From a virus, in the IMG/VR virus record IMGVR_UViG_3300050821_005035, positions 11,134 to 75,133 of that record: 64,000 nt of DNA. One strand, given 5' to 3'. A program made the position numbers and the translations under genes. Position 1 is the first letter of the stretch; each line of letters starts with the position of its first letter. Positions 30,421 to 39,968 of the stretch are shown here, piece after piece. A model generated the notes under the pieces. It had not been told where the DNA came from, ran no database searches, and saw only the letters and a list, made by a program, of their open reading frames with translations.

Positions 30421-32458
30421 TGTCGCCGCCGAAAGCCATGTCTCTGGTCAAGCTTAGCATCTTCGGGTCGCCCTTGCATCCCTTGCCAGATTCTAATACG
30501 AACCCCTCTTGCACCAGCGCCCAAAAAGATTTGCGCCAGATTGACAGGCCGTACTTGTTCGCGTTCAACGCGCGCTCCACGTCCCGCTTCTCCATCGTCC
30601 CGCCGTTCTTTTTCAATAGCCGGACGACGCCTTGTTGAATCGCGGACTCGTCGTTCTTGGCCTCGAAGGTCATGAGGTAGTCCTTCACGGACTCCTCGTA
30701 CTTGACCATCTCGATGCCGCGCGCTACGCAGTCCTCGTCAATTTCATCGAGCGATAGGTCAATCGAAAAATACAGTGCCCATTTTTCTGCGCGGGCTGCG
30801 GTGCGGTTGCCGTAGACTTCCAGGATTCGCTGCAGCGGAGTCTTATCGAAGAACTGGTACGTTCCCTTGGTAACAGCTGCGTCGATCACCTTGCGGGTCG
30901 CCAGCGCGGCCTCTTGGTAGTTTACCGCGTGCTCCAACTTCAAGTCTGGCAGTGTCTTCGGTTCCAACACCCAGGTGAACCGGTCGTTTAATCCGGTGTC
31001 TTCCCCAGCGAGTTGAGACCACAGTTCAGCGAACTTCCGGTCGGTGGTCGCGGTGATAAGGGACGCGCAGTACGTGTTCGGGTCGATATTGAACGTGTCC
31101 TTCTTGCTCTTGATCGAGTTTGCGAAGTTGTTCGAGTCGTACAGCTTTAAAAGCGCGCTGCTCATCCCGCTGCCCTCGATGCGCGCCTTGCCGACCAGCG
31201 ATGAGAGTTCGTCGTAGAACAGCACAGGGTTCTTGCAGTTGGTGCGCATCATGTCGGTGCCGAGTCCCTCCGGAGAGCCTGCTTCCCACACGAGAGACTT
31301 GCCGTCGGCGTTCTTAATATTCTTGGAGTACATCGAGAGCACGCTGGCGTATTCGAGGAACTTCATCCCGTCTTTAATCGAGGACGATTTATTCGCGCGG
31401 CCCTTCTTGCCGATCAGAACCATGTAGAAGCTGGGCTTCCAAGACGCGTAAGGAACCGAGACCTTGGTGCCGAGGTAGTTCATCATCATCACGGCTGTAG
31501 GCATCCATAAAAAGTAATCTATGCGTGAATTTACCGCGCAGTATGGTTTAACGAAACCCTCATATATGCTGGTCCCAAAAAGAACGTGACGGGGGAATAC
31601 TGGATATTCAATCGGGTCGAAGTTAAGCGGTTCCGCTTGTTCCGCGAGCGGTTGCGCGGTAGGGACTTGATCTAGTACAAGGCTTGTGTCTTTGCCTTCC
31701 GGGAAGTTGCATATTGAGCGGGACATCTGGATAACTTTCGAGTCGTCGATAGGCTCTTCGCACTGCTCGTGGACGATTCGAAGCAACGCGATCTTGATCT
31801 CTTCTTGCGTGAGGCCTGCGTTGCGCAGACGTCCGGCTTGAGATAACATGAAGCCGTGAATTCCGCCGTGGGCAACTTTTCCGCGCTCGTTTCGCGGAGC
31901 GTCTACGACCGCAGCGGAGGCGCTCTGTTTCTGAATCTTCTGTGATATCAGCCACTGGACCAGCCAGTCCGGCGCTTCTGCAATAGGCACGTTCCAGTTC
32001 AATGCCTCGTACGGCTTTCCGGTGTCTGGATGAATGCTGCCGGGACCGACAACATATTCTCGGTTGGTTCTAACGGACCAGTCCTGGCCTACGACATACG
32101 TCTGGCTAATATTTCCCATCGCGATAGACGCGGGCGTGTGGCGAAAATAAAAGTGTCCGCGTCCTGGTCGAGAGCGCACCATAAAAGTTGCAGGCATAGT
32201 CTGCCCTGTTTCTTTTTGTAAGCGGGGAAGGACGCTGGTGGAATCTGTCTCGAAGAACCAGACGCCGCCCTCTTCTGCGCGGGCGACACAAGCGACGTTG
32301 CAATCCGGGTGTTGCACTGACCAAACGCCAATTTGATCTAGGTCTGTTGTTGCGGTGGTGGGAAAGTCTGGTAGGAAGGCGCGCTTTGTTCCGGGGCGCA
32401 CGGGTGTAACGGGTACACCCATCTTTGCAAGCGGTTCGGATATATCTCTAAATCCCAT
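30413..32458 (-). CDS. bifunctional primase-polymerase fused to a helicase-like domain
   Basis: PVRPGTK, GRGHFYF, YVVGPGSIHP, PriCT-like helices, GKKGRANKS and YDE; promoter TTGACG-19-TATAAT at 32476..32506. Confidence 0.8.
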   Translation of the reverse strand: MGFRDISEPLAKMGVPVTPVRPGTKRAFLPDFPTTATTDLDQIGVWSVQHPDCNVACVARAEEGGVWFFETDSTSVLPRLQKETGQTMPATFMVRSRPGRGHFYFRHTPASIAMGNISQTYVVGQDWSVRTNREYVVGPGSIHPDTGKPYEALNWNVPIAEAPDWLVQWLISQKIQKQSASAAVVDAPRNERGKVAHGGIHGFMLSQAGRLRNAGLTQEEIKIALLRIVHEQCEEPIDDSKVIQMSRSICNFPEGKDTSLVLDQVPTAQPLAEQAEPLNFDPIEYPVFPRHVLFGTSIYEGFVKPYCAVNSRIDYFLWMPTAVMMMNYLGTKVSVPYASWKPSFYMVLIGKKGRANKSSSIKDGMKFLEYASVLSMYSKNIKNADGKSLVWEAGSPEGLGTDMMRTNCKNPVLFYDELSSLVGKARIEGSGMSSALLKLYDSNNFANSIKSKKDTFNIDPNTYCASLITATTDRKFAELWSQLAGEDTGLNDRFTWVLEPKTLPDLKLEHAVNYQEAALATRKVIDAAVTKGTYQFFDKTPLQRILEVYGNRTAARAEKWALYFSIDLSLDEIDEDCVARGIEMVKYEESVKDYLMTFEAKNDESAIQQGVVRLLKKNGGTMEKRDVERALNANKYGLSIWRKSFWALVQEGFVLESGKGCKGDPKMLSLTRDMAFGGDND

Positions 32459-32548
32459 GTGCCCTCGATTCGAATATTATACCACGCGCTCTGGCGTGGG
32501 CGTCAAGTCTTCTTTTTACCGGAGGACTTTCTCCGTTCGAGGGAAACT

Positions 32549-33208
32549 CTAGAACGCTTCTGGTGGAGGCGGTGCGGTCGCAAACGACACGTTATTCGGT
32601 GCCGGTGCCTGCGAGTACTGCGGTTGTTGTACAGGCTGTTGCTGGAATTGCTGTTGGATATGTGGCTGTGCAGGAGGAACTGCGTACGTCTGCACAGGAC
32701 GGCCTTGGGGTCCGGCTTGGGTCTTCGGCTTATCCTTGCTGCGGACGAAGCCCTGGGGCGCCTGAGGTGCTACGAAACCCGCCTGCATCGGGAGGATGCC
32801 GACGACGTTGACGTAGAACTCGTTAGCCTTGTTCGGGTTCGCTTCTTTCGTGACCATCAGGATATTGGAGCGACCCATCAAAATTTGCTCCAGCTGGGTG
32901 GTCGAGGTGAGCAGAGGAGGCTGCTGTCCGTTCAACACGCCGACGATCACCTTGTAAAGGCTGCGGAACAGCGGCTGTGTTGACTTCTCGTTCATCGCTG
33001 CGGTAACGTAGACGATGACTTCATGCGGCAGGCCTTCGGGGTTCAGATACGGCGCGCCGTTCATCTGGCTGATGACCCACTTGATTAGAACTTTGTTCTT
33101 GAGTCCGTACGCGGTCGCGACCTGGGGTTTGTCCACCACGTCAACAATCGTGCCGAGATACGTTCCTGCTTCCGGTGAGAAAAATACTTTGCCTTGGCTA
33201 ATATCCAT
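32549..33208 (-). CDS. putative single-stranded DNA-binding protein
   Basis: GTYLGTIVDV OB-like start, Gln/Pro-rich tail ending in F; replication context. Confidence 0.45.
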   Translation of the reverse strand: MDISQGKVFFSPEAGTYLGTIVDVVDKPQVATAYGLKNKVLIKWVISQMNGAPYLNPEGLPHEVIVYVTAAMNEKSTQPLFRSLYKVIVGVLNGQQPPLLTSTTQLEQILMGRSNILMVTKEANPNKANEFYVNVVGILPMQAGFVAPQAPQGFVRSKDKPKTQAGPQGRPVQTYAVPPAQPHIQQQFQQQPVQQPQYSQAPAPNNVSFATAPPPPEAF

Positions 33209-33223
33209 GTTTCTCCTTTGATT

Positions 33224-33949
33224 TTAGTCCTTGCTATCTTCCAAATCCTCCGGTAGGAGGTCTAGAACTTGTAACGCAAACTCGTTGTTGACTGCCTTTG
33301 CTAGCGCGTCAATGTCGCACTCCTTCACGGCCTTCCACCAGATACTCTGCTCGGGATTCCAGCGAAACTTATGCTTCTTAGCCTTGTTGTTCTCGTTCCG
33401 TCGCTGCATAGATTGAACCACGACGATAGGACTTTGCGCCCTTTCAAAAACTGTTTGGAAGTCAAACTTCGCCACCAGCCGAAGCATCGCGCCAACGTCC
33501 GCGCCTGCCTCGTGCGGGTCGTAGTAAATTCCCATCTTGGCACACATCGTGATTAACTCTTGTCCTCGCATCGGCAGGTCGGTGAACGGGTCGATCAGAA
33601 GTTTGTTCGGAAATTCTTTCTTAACCCTCTTGGCCCAAGCCTGGCACATCGGAACGTCGAACCGTCTGCCGTTGAAGGCTACTAGAGCCTCGCCCTTGTC
33701 CATGAAGTATAGCATCTCGTCGAACGCGTCCGCTGGCTCGTATCCAAAGCTGTCGAGCATCCCGGGAGTGATACCTGTGATCTGCGTAATTTCTTCAGTC
33801 ACGGGGACACCGTCGGACTTGATAAGTAAGGCACGGGTATCGAGGCTACGGTTATATTTCGTAGTCCACACGGCGGCGCCAACTTCTATTGGGCGATCTT
33901 CCACCTTGTCGAGTCCGGTGCTTTCGATGTCAAATCCGACCAGTATCAT
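33224..33949 (-). CDS. DEDDh 3'-5' exonuclease (DnaQ-like)
   Basis: FDIESTGL, AFNGRRFD, HEAGAD. Confidence 0.88.
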   Translation of the reverse strand: MILVGFDIESTGLDKVEDRPIEVGAAVWTTKYNRSLDTRALLIKSDGVPVTEEITQITGITPGMLDSFGYEPADAFDEMLYFMDKGEALVAFNGRRFDVPMCQAWAKRVKKEFPNKLLIDPFTDLPMRGQELITMCAKMGIYYDPHEAGADVGAMLRLVAKFDFQTVFERAQSPIVVVQSMQRRNENNKAKKHKFRWNPEQSIWWKAVKECDIDALAKAVNNEFALQVLDLLPEDLEDSKD

Positions 33950-34719
33950 AATTTGTTTCCTTTAACGTTCACCAGTTCCCTAGATGGGGTCACAATATTA
34001 GTGCTTCACAGGCTCCGTTCCGTTTTCCAAACGCTCCACTCCGTCGTTGTCCGGCATCGTCATCTCTCCGGTCATAGGAAGGACGTCGACATCCATTCTG
34101 GTAATCCACTTCATCGGCACTACCATCCGGTCGGCTGGCATCTTGTTCATGTCGATAATTGCGCCCTGGTCTTTCTGACATATCATCGCCTGCATTCTTA
34201 AGAACGCGCCCGTCTGGGCCTCGATGGCATCGTTGTACAAAGTTCGGTCGTAGCCTTTCATAAGCAGATAGGCATAGATTACGGAAGGCAGTCCGTTCGA
34301 CTGCCCTTCCCAGGATACGTATCCGTTGAATCTGATTACGTGGTCCATTTAGCTCAGCTGAACTTTGGCGGGCTGTCCGGTTTTGATAGCCTCGTTGGTC
34401 TGGCGTGCGTTCGCGGCGGCTTGTGCGGCTGCTGCGATTGCTGCCGGGTTGCCCACAGCGATCTTCGGCTGTTCCAGAATGTTGTGGACTCCTGTGCCGA
34501 TGGCCTTAACTTCGCAGACGTCTGAGCAGTAAACAAGGTTGCGTCCGTCAGCGGTTTGTGTTACGCGTGTCGCGCGCAGCCAGACGTTCTCCGCTAGCTC
34601 GAACGTTTCCTTCTCGGTCTTGCGGTCGTAGATGATCTGTTTTGCGCAGCCGGGGCCGTCGCAAGAGATTGCTCTGATTTGTGTGTCGGTGATTCCCATG
34701 TTATTCTCCTAAACTATTT

Positions 34720-35271
34720 TTAAAGTTGTGGCCCGCCGTAGTGAAGGATGTCGTAGAACCGGTCCAGGAATAACGCCTTGTTCACCCGGAACGATGTCTC
34801 CACGATCTTTACATCGGCTGCTACCTTGTCCTTGCTCCACGAATTCTTCCACTCGGTCGTCGGCATGATCTGCGCCTTCTCGGCGTAGAGCATCTGATTG
34901 TCGATCTCGTGGATTATCTCTGGGTCCTTCTCGTCCAACCCAAACCTGTTGTAAATCATCCCTTGAAGAGGCCCCTCGATCTTGCGGTATTCGGCGCCTG
35001 CGGGCGTGAAATGTTTCAAAGGCCTGTTTACATCGCCTATGTACGTTTCGCTGGCGTCGTGCAAAAGAAACCGCATCGCGTACCACCTCGGCACAAGATA
35101 GCTTCCGAGTCGGCTGTGCTGCGATACCGGGTAAGGAAAGCGGCAGTGTCCGGTGAAACGGTTGCACTGGCTCAACGAGTGCGCGATATCCTCGATGCAC
35201 ACCATGTCCGGTGTCGGCTCCAAGATATCGAAGGACAACCCAGTCGATGTAACAATCGTTGCTTGGCTCAC
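34720..35271 (-). CDS. HD-domain nucleotidase (YfbR-like)
   Basis: IEDIAHSLS..NRFTGH, VSQHS, LLHDASETYIGD. Confidence 0.85.
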   Translation of the reverse strand: MSQATIVTSTGLSFDILEPTPDMVCIEDIAHSLSQCNRFTGHCRFPYPVSQHSRLGSYLVPRWYAMRFLLHDASETYIGDVNRPLKHFTPAGAEYRKIEGPLQGMIYNRFGLDEKDPEIIHEIDNQMLYAEKAQIMPTTEWKNSWSKDKVAADVKIVETSFRVNKALFLDRFYDILHYGGPQL

Positions 35272-35801
35272 TTCGTCTCCAATCTTCCCGCGTACTCCAA
35301 ACTTACTAGGTCCCAGTACAGAGACAGGGTGTTAATCTTCAGCTGCTCCAGCGTGCCGTTGTTGTCGATCACGTAGTTCGCCATCTCTTTCGTCACAGAG
35401 CACGATGTCGGCGGCTCCGGGGCCGCGTGCTTGCTGCGGTCGACCCAGATGCTGTAATCGTACAGTCCCTCTTTGCGTACCGCGTTTAGTTCGGCCTCGC
35501 TTCTCATGCCGACGTAGATGTCATTGTCAGCGTAAATTTCCCTAGCGAGTCGCGCGCAGTCCGGCGTGTTGAAGGCCTTGATCTGCGCGTACCAGTCTTG
35601 GCGGTGGTTGACCCGGTCGGCGTAGCACTCGTCCAGGCTGGCGTACGTGATTCCCTTGGATGCGAGGAACGGTACCATAACCCTCTCGGCGGCGGCGAAG
35701 GATGAAGACGCAAACTTAAGCTTCAGACTGTCACGTAATATTTCTGCGACCGTATCTTTGCCGTGGCGAGCGTGGCCTAAAATCATTAGCTTCAATTTCA
35801 T
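35268..35801 (-). CDS. deoxynucleoside monophosphate kinase-like protein
   Basis: P-loop GHARHGKDT, GMR..AE, IDNNGTLEQL. Confidence 0.75.
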   Translation of the reverse strand: MKLKLMILGHARHGKDTVAEILRDSLKLKFASSSFAAAERVMVPFLASKGITYASLDECYADRVNHRQDWYAQIKAFNTPDCARLAREIYADNDIYVGMRSEAELNAVRKEGLYDYSIWVDRSKHAAPEPPTSCSVTKEMANYVIDNNGTLEQLKINTLSLYWDLVSLEYAGRLETK

Positions 35802-36251
35802 TTAGTCTCCCGATTCCAGTTCACGCCGACGCTTAAGTCTAGCTGAGTAGAACAAGTCTAGCATATGCGTACCGACTTCGATAGCCTTATTTTCTTTCAT
35901 CTGGTGCTGCTTCGCCAGGTGCCCGATCAGAGAGAGCGCGAATCCGGTGCGAAGAAACTGGTGACAGTCCTTGCACTCGATGACGCCGTACCCAGGCAGG
36001 TCGATATGCGCGGGCTGGGCCTTGGGTCCAAACATCCAACGGTGAACCATTGATAGCATTTTTCTACGCGCCTCTCTTGATTGCTTCTCTGATATCGTTC
36101 GGCTCCGAGCAAATCGAGCACGGTACGACCTTGCGCTCCGGGTTCAGGTCGACTACCATCCAGAAGCCAGCGCACCGTTGACAGCCCAGCTTGCCGTTGA
36201 AGTAAATCACGTTCTTGGGTTTCATGTCTCGTTTCGGTCTGCGTTCTTCGC

Positions 36252-36863
36252 TCATTTCTGTAACCTGCCCTTTGCCCATGTTTTAGCTGCATGAAGATGA
36301 CTTGCGTTCTCGCCGTTCTCTTTCAACTGCTTGTATCCCACATCTACCATTTCTACTGCCAACATTCTTAGCTGCTCAAAATCATCAACAGGCTCGCTCC
36401 TGTTCTTCCGTTTCTCTGTATGTGGCTGAGATTTTAGAAGACCAGATGAACTAATTTCGCCTCCCGCTTTGGTGACGTCTTCGACGTATTTTGCTGCTGT
36501 ATCCTCTGGTACCCGTGACAGCTTTTGCCAATACTGGGCTGTCCTTTCAGACGTATCGGTCTCTTTAAGGGCTTTAGAATAAGCACTTTCTACAGGCGCA
36601 GCCGTTGCGGGAGTAGATTTTTTCTTGGTAGGCTCTCCGCCCTTTGACTTTTCTAGCTGACCAAGTAGTTCTCCTGCCCGCCGAGCGGCTAAGAGAGCTA
36701 TCTCGGCTGCGTAATTCTGAGACTCTCGACCTAGATGAGCAGCCTTAGCATAAACTTTTGCCGCTTCTGCTACGTCCTTGATCTTGAGGACCTCAGACAA
36801 AGTTCTAGATTCTGATAAGGCTAGACGCGCTCTATCAAGTTTTGCTAGTGCGAATTCGCTCAT
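36252..36863 (-). CDS. hypothetical helical/HTH protein
   Basis: ATGA-coupled to the Mom-like gene; N-terminus resembles the helical domain often fused to phage methyltransferases. Confidence 0.5.
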   Translation of the reverse strand: MSEFALAKLDRARLALSESRTLSEVLKIKDVAEAAKVYAKAAHLGRESQNYAAEIALLAARRAGELLGQLEKSKGGEPTKKKSTPATAAPVESAYSKALKETDTSERTAQYWQKLSRVPEDTAAKYVEDVTKAGGEISSSGLLKSQPHTEKRKNRSEPVDDFEQLRMLAVEMVDVGYKQLKENGENASHLHAAKTWAKGRLQK

Positions 36864-37639
36864 GCTGCCTTCTTGGGGTAAGACCGAATGCCCCAATGTA
36901 GGATAGATTTGTCCTGGCTATCTGCAAACCAAACGTACCTGTGTTTTATGCTGCGAGAAACTCGAAATACCCTATGCTCTTTTCCAGAGCTATCTGTTAA
37001 AACGTCCTTCGAAGCCCACTCGCGTTTGTTTGTTTTCTTAGAAGGCTCCCCGCACTTGGGACAGTTTCTAAGCAGCGGGATATTCCCGTCTTCTACATAA
37101 GGTGAAACAAATCCGCCGTGCTCCCCACACTTGTAAATAAATCCGCCTCGTAGATACTGAGGAACGCTTCTGTAGTCGACAAAACCCTCGACGGCGATAT
37201 CTATGAACGGCGTAGATGACCCTGTATAAATCCAATTTGTAGCTTGATAAACATATCCGACATGTCCCTGCTTACCGTCTGCATAACTGACCAGAATTGC
37301 AGAGGGATTCTTCTTTCGGAGTTCCTTCAAACACCAGGCTATGAATCTGCTCTCGCTGTTTCTTGGCAGGCTGTCATCGAGCCATAGCCTGTTTAATTCA
37401 TAAACATCGTGTGTCCTAGCCGCTGGATTCTTCATCTGGAGTTTATTTTCTCCAACCAGTCCGCACGAGGTAGACCATGACGCGGGCTTTCCTATCGTTA
37501 AAACACCCTTTGTTTCTTCGCCAATCTTTATACCCCACGCATACGAGATTGGGCATTTTCTGTGAAGATAGTGTTTCTCTATCACTAACTCGACTGCTTC
37601 TCTCTTCTCTATTTGAACAAAATTAGGATTGGATGTCAA
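36860..37639 (-). CDS. mom: Mom-family (GNAT fold) DNA adenine modification enzyme
   Basis: HYLHR, ELNRLWL, PRNSESRFI, LVSYAD..QGHVGYVYQATNWIYTG, K.RY; Cys/His insertion. Confidence 0.8.
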   Translation of the reverse strand: MTSNPNFVQIEKREAVELVIEKHYLHRKCPISYAWGIKIGEETKGVLTIGKPASWSTSCGLVGENKLQMKNPAARTHDVYELNRLWLDDSLPRNSESRFIAWCLKELRKKNPSAILVSYADGKQGHVGYVYQATNWIYTGSSTPFIDIAVEGFVDYRSVPQYLRGGFIYKCGEHGGFVSPYVEDGNIPLLRNCPKCGEPSKKTNKREWASKDVLTDSSGKEHRVFRVSRSIKHRYVWFADSQDKSILHWGIRSYPKKAA

Positions 37640-38205
37640 ATCCCCTCCCCTGATTCTAAGACGCGAACGTGAGGTAGGACTTTCAGTGCAAATTCTTTCC
37701 TACCGATCTGGTAATAGCCAGAAAAAAGACGGATTGGATTGAAGTATATGCCTGTTTTCAAATCTATGTCGGGGATGTTAGGGTCGGGGATAAGGAGGTC
37801 ATACTTCGCGCCGTGGGTGCTTTCGGCTACAGTTTTCACGTAATCAGGCGCATTTTCCAGACCTGCGTCGGACAATTCTCTCTGTGTGGTTTCTACGCTA
37901 TCTGGAGAAGCGCTGACAGTCAAAATCCAGTTAGAAGATGCTTGAGAAAGCAGTTCGTCCATACCGTCTTTTGAAAAGTCAACAGGGGCATCAAATGTAC
38001 TCTCGTTACCCTCGTAGGGAGCATATTTACTAGCGAATATTGGCGTGGTCACAATCGAGCCAGCGATTACCCTAATTTTTGACGGCCGGATAGACAGTTG
38101 ATTTCTTTTAATCCAAAATGGGCCTTTTTCACTATAAATTTGCGCTAGAGATGATGTGAATTGAAGTATATCGACCTTTTGCAAGCCGTAATATGCTGTT
38201 AACAC
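37636..38205 (-). CDS. hypothetical protein between the tRNA-like gene and mom
   Basis: 189-aa ORF with GAGG RBS; its stop overlaps the mom start. Confidence 0.6.
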   Translation of the reverse strand: MLTAYYGLQKVDILQFTSSLAQIYSEKGPFWIKRNQLSIRPSKIRVIAGSIVTTPIFASKYAPYEGNESTFDAPVDFSKDGMDELLSQASSNWILTVSASPDSVETTQRELSDAGLENAPDYVKTVAESTHGAKYDLLIPDPNIPDIDLKTGIYFNPIRLFSGYYQIGRKEFALKVLPHVRVLESGEGI

Positions 38206-38224
38206 ATGAGCCTCTTTCTAAAAA

Positions 38225-38302
38225 TGGAGCGAAGGGGTCGGAGTTGAACCGCCGTCCGCAGGGGGTTTAAGCCTGCGTGCTCTACCCTTGAACTACCTCC
38301 GC
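38225..38302 (-). tRNA. non-canonical tRNA-Gly-like gene
   Basis: Acceptor GCGGAGG/CCTTCGC + T-CCA, D-arm GTTC/GAGC, T-loop TTCAACT; 11-nt anticodon loop and bulged T-stem. Confidence 0.8.
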
Positions 38303-38309
38303 ATTTAAG

Positions 38310-38338
38310 ACAATATCACAATCGAGCCTATTTGTCAA
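38310..38338 (-). promoter_or_regulatory. promoter of the tRNA-like/mom cassette
   Basis: TTGACA-17-TATTGT with TGTGA; predicted start falls at the tRNA 5' end. Confidence 0.7.
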
Positions 38339-38347
38339 GAGTTATTT

Positions 38348-39955
38348 TTACGCTCTCCATTTTTCTGCGTAAATTGTGGCTAACGCTCTCTTGCCGTTCG
38401 GGTATGTGAAGATGTGCGTGTGAGACCAGTTGCTAGGGCCTTGGTTGTAATTCCACCGAAGATTGGTGCTCGTTCCAGCCACGTAGAGACCGCCGTAAAT
38501 TCCGCAGCTGTGGGTGTGCGCCGTGTTGGCCTTGCGTGCCATCGTTGCCAAGTTCAATGGGCTGCCCCACCGTCCCGCAGGACCTAGATGGCCGTGTTGC
38601 CCGTTCTCGATCTTCTTCCCGCACGTCAGGTAAGACTCGTCGGAGAGTAGAAACTTTGTCCGAGCATTATATCCTGCGTTCTTTAAGAACCATTCGAGCA
38701 TGTTCACATCTCGGACCATCTTGCCCTTTCGCAATTCCGAGTACATGTACGCCTGCGCTTTCAAGAACAATTCGGAGTTGGCCGGGTCTTTTCTGTAGTC
38801 GTATTTTTGCAGCCAGGACTTCAGCCACGGGTCGTCGTGATTCGAGTAAACGATCACGGTCTTGGCGAAGTCGTAGTTAAACCAGTTAAGAACTCCTACA
38901 GTCTTTTCCAGTTCTGCGTCGAGTCGGGTAAGACCACGCATCCAGGTCATAAAGCGCGCGTGAGGATTGTCGGATTCGTGGTGGTTTACGGACGCACCCT
39001 CCATTACGTCGTGGAGGAAGATGTGCTTAGGTTTCAGTGTTGCGATGATATTTCGAGAAATAGACATAACGTCTGGGTCTATTTGAGTTGCGTGAATGTC
39101 GCCCAGGGTGATTGATTCAATACGATTGCCTGTGGTGACCTTGCCGTTCTTCGAGACGACGTCGAGGTCTTGTATAGTGCCACTCTCGTCTTCGTTTAGT
39201 TGCCGGACCCACCAGTTGCCGTCGGAGTTAACCTCGACGAGAAGGCCGCCGTAGATGTGGTGAAACTCCGCGATCATGCCTTCTCGCTTCTGGATGTAGT
39301 TGCGTTGGGTGATGGTGCCCGTGGTGTAGTTCATCTTGACGCCTTCGCCCTGCATCGTAGCGATGGAGCGCATCGCTAGCTTGGCGTGGGGGAAGATTGC
39401 GCTGTTGCGACCTGTGTAAGATTCCAGGGACGCCAGCGGCTGCACTGCGGTCGGGAGGATGTTCATCTCTCCGCACCACACCAGGCCGGGGGCGAGTTGA
39501 ATGCGGCGGTCTTGGATGTGATCGGTAATTTTTGGGTCGTACCAGAGTTCTTTCTCTTCCATCTTGTCGGTGCCGCGCTTAACGCTCAGCTTGCCGAATC
39601 GGTTCTGGTTGTACGTGTAAGTGCCGACGATGATCTCCGCGTTGTAATGCTTCGCGAGAGCGTTCAAGTTCCTCCACGCTGACTCGTGAACGTACGTGTT
39701 GTTCTGTGCTGACGTCAGGACGTATCGACGAACCTCGCCCTTCACCGGCAGCTTCTGCTTCTCTGCCTTGGTGCCGTCGATGGTGCCGGACGCGAGAGGC
39801 TTCTTCATCAGGCCGAGCGGTGTTATGATGCGGCGCACGGTGTGGCGGCTGATGCCTAACTCTTTCGATGTGGCGCGGACGTTGCCGCCGTTTCTCTCGA
39901 AGGATGCTGCGACTACATCTTGGGGCGTGCGATCTCTTTTCTTAACTGCGCTCAT
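38348..39955 (-). CDS. calcineurin-like metallophosphoesterase with N-terminal HTH
   Basis: GDIH, HD, SNHD, HGH, AHTHS; N-terminal ATSKELGISRHTV. Confidence 0.75.
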   Translation of the reverse strand: MSAVKKRDRTPQDVVAASFERNGGNVRATSKELGISRHTVRRIITPLGLMKKPLASGTIDGTKAEKQKLPVKGEVRRYVLTSAQNNTYVHESAWRNLNALAKHYNAEIIVGTYTYNQNRFGKLSVKRGTDKMEEKELWYDPKITDHIQDRRIQLAPGLVWCGEMNILPTAVQPLASLESYTGRNSAIFPHAKLAMRSIATMQGEGVKMNYTTGTITQRNYIQKREGMIAEFHHIYGGLLVEVNSDGNWWVRQLNEDESGTIQDLDVVSKNGKVTTGNRIESITLGDIHATQIDPDVMSISRNIIATLKPKHIFLHDVMEGASVNHHESDNPHARFMTWMRGLTRLDAELEKTVGVLNWFNYDFAKTVIVYSNHDDPWLKSWLQKYDYRKDPANSELFLKAQAYMYSELRKGKMVRDVNMLEWFLKNAGYNARTKFLLSDESYLTCGKKIENGQHGHLGPAGRWGSPLNLATMARKANTAHTHSCGIYGGLYVAGTSTNLRWNYNQGPSNWSHTHIFTYPNGKRALATIYAEKWRA

Positions 39956-39968
39956 GAGTTCTCCGTTT

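Noticed and set aside
34720-35271. Z-genome (diaminopurine) system suggested by the HD hydrolase plus MazG
   Set aside because: There is no PurZ in the window, and the two genes are 30 kb apart.
38225-38302. tRNA-Leu(TAA) or ochre suppressor (TTA)
   Set aside because: Those triplets occur in the loop, but a 7-nt loop cannot form there, there is no long variable arm, and the acceptor identity is Gly.
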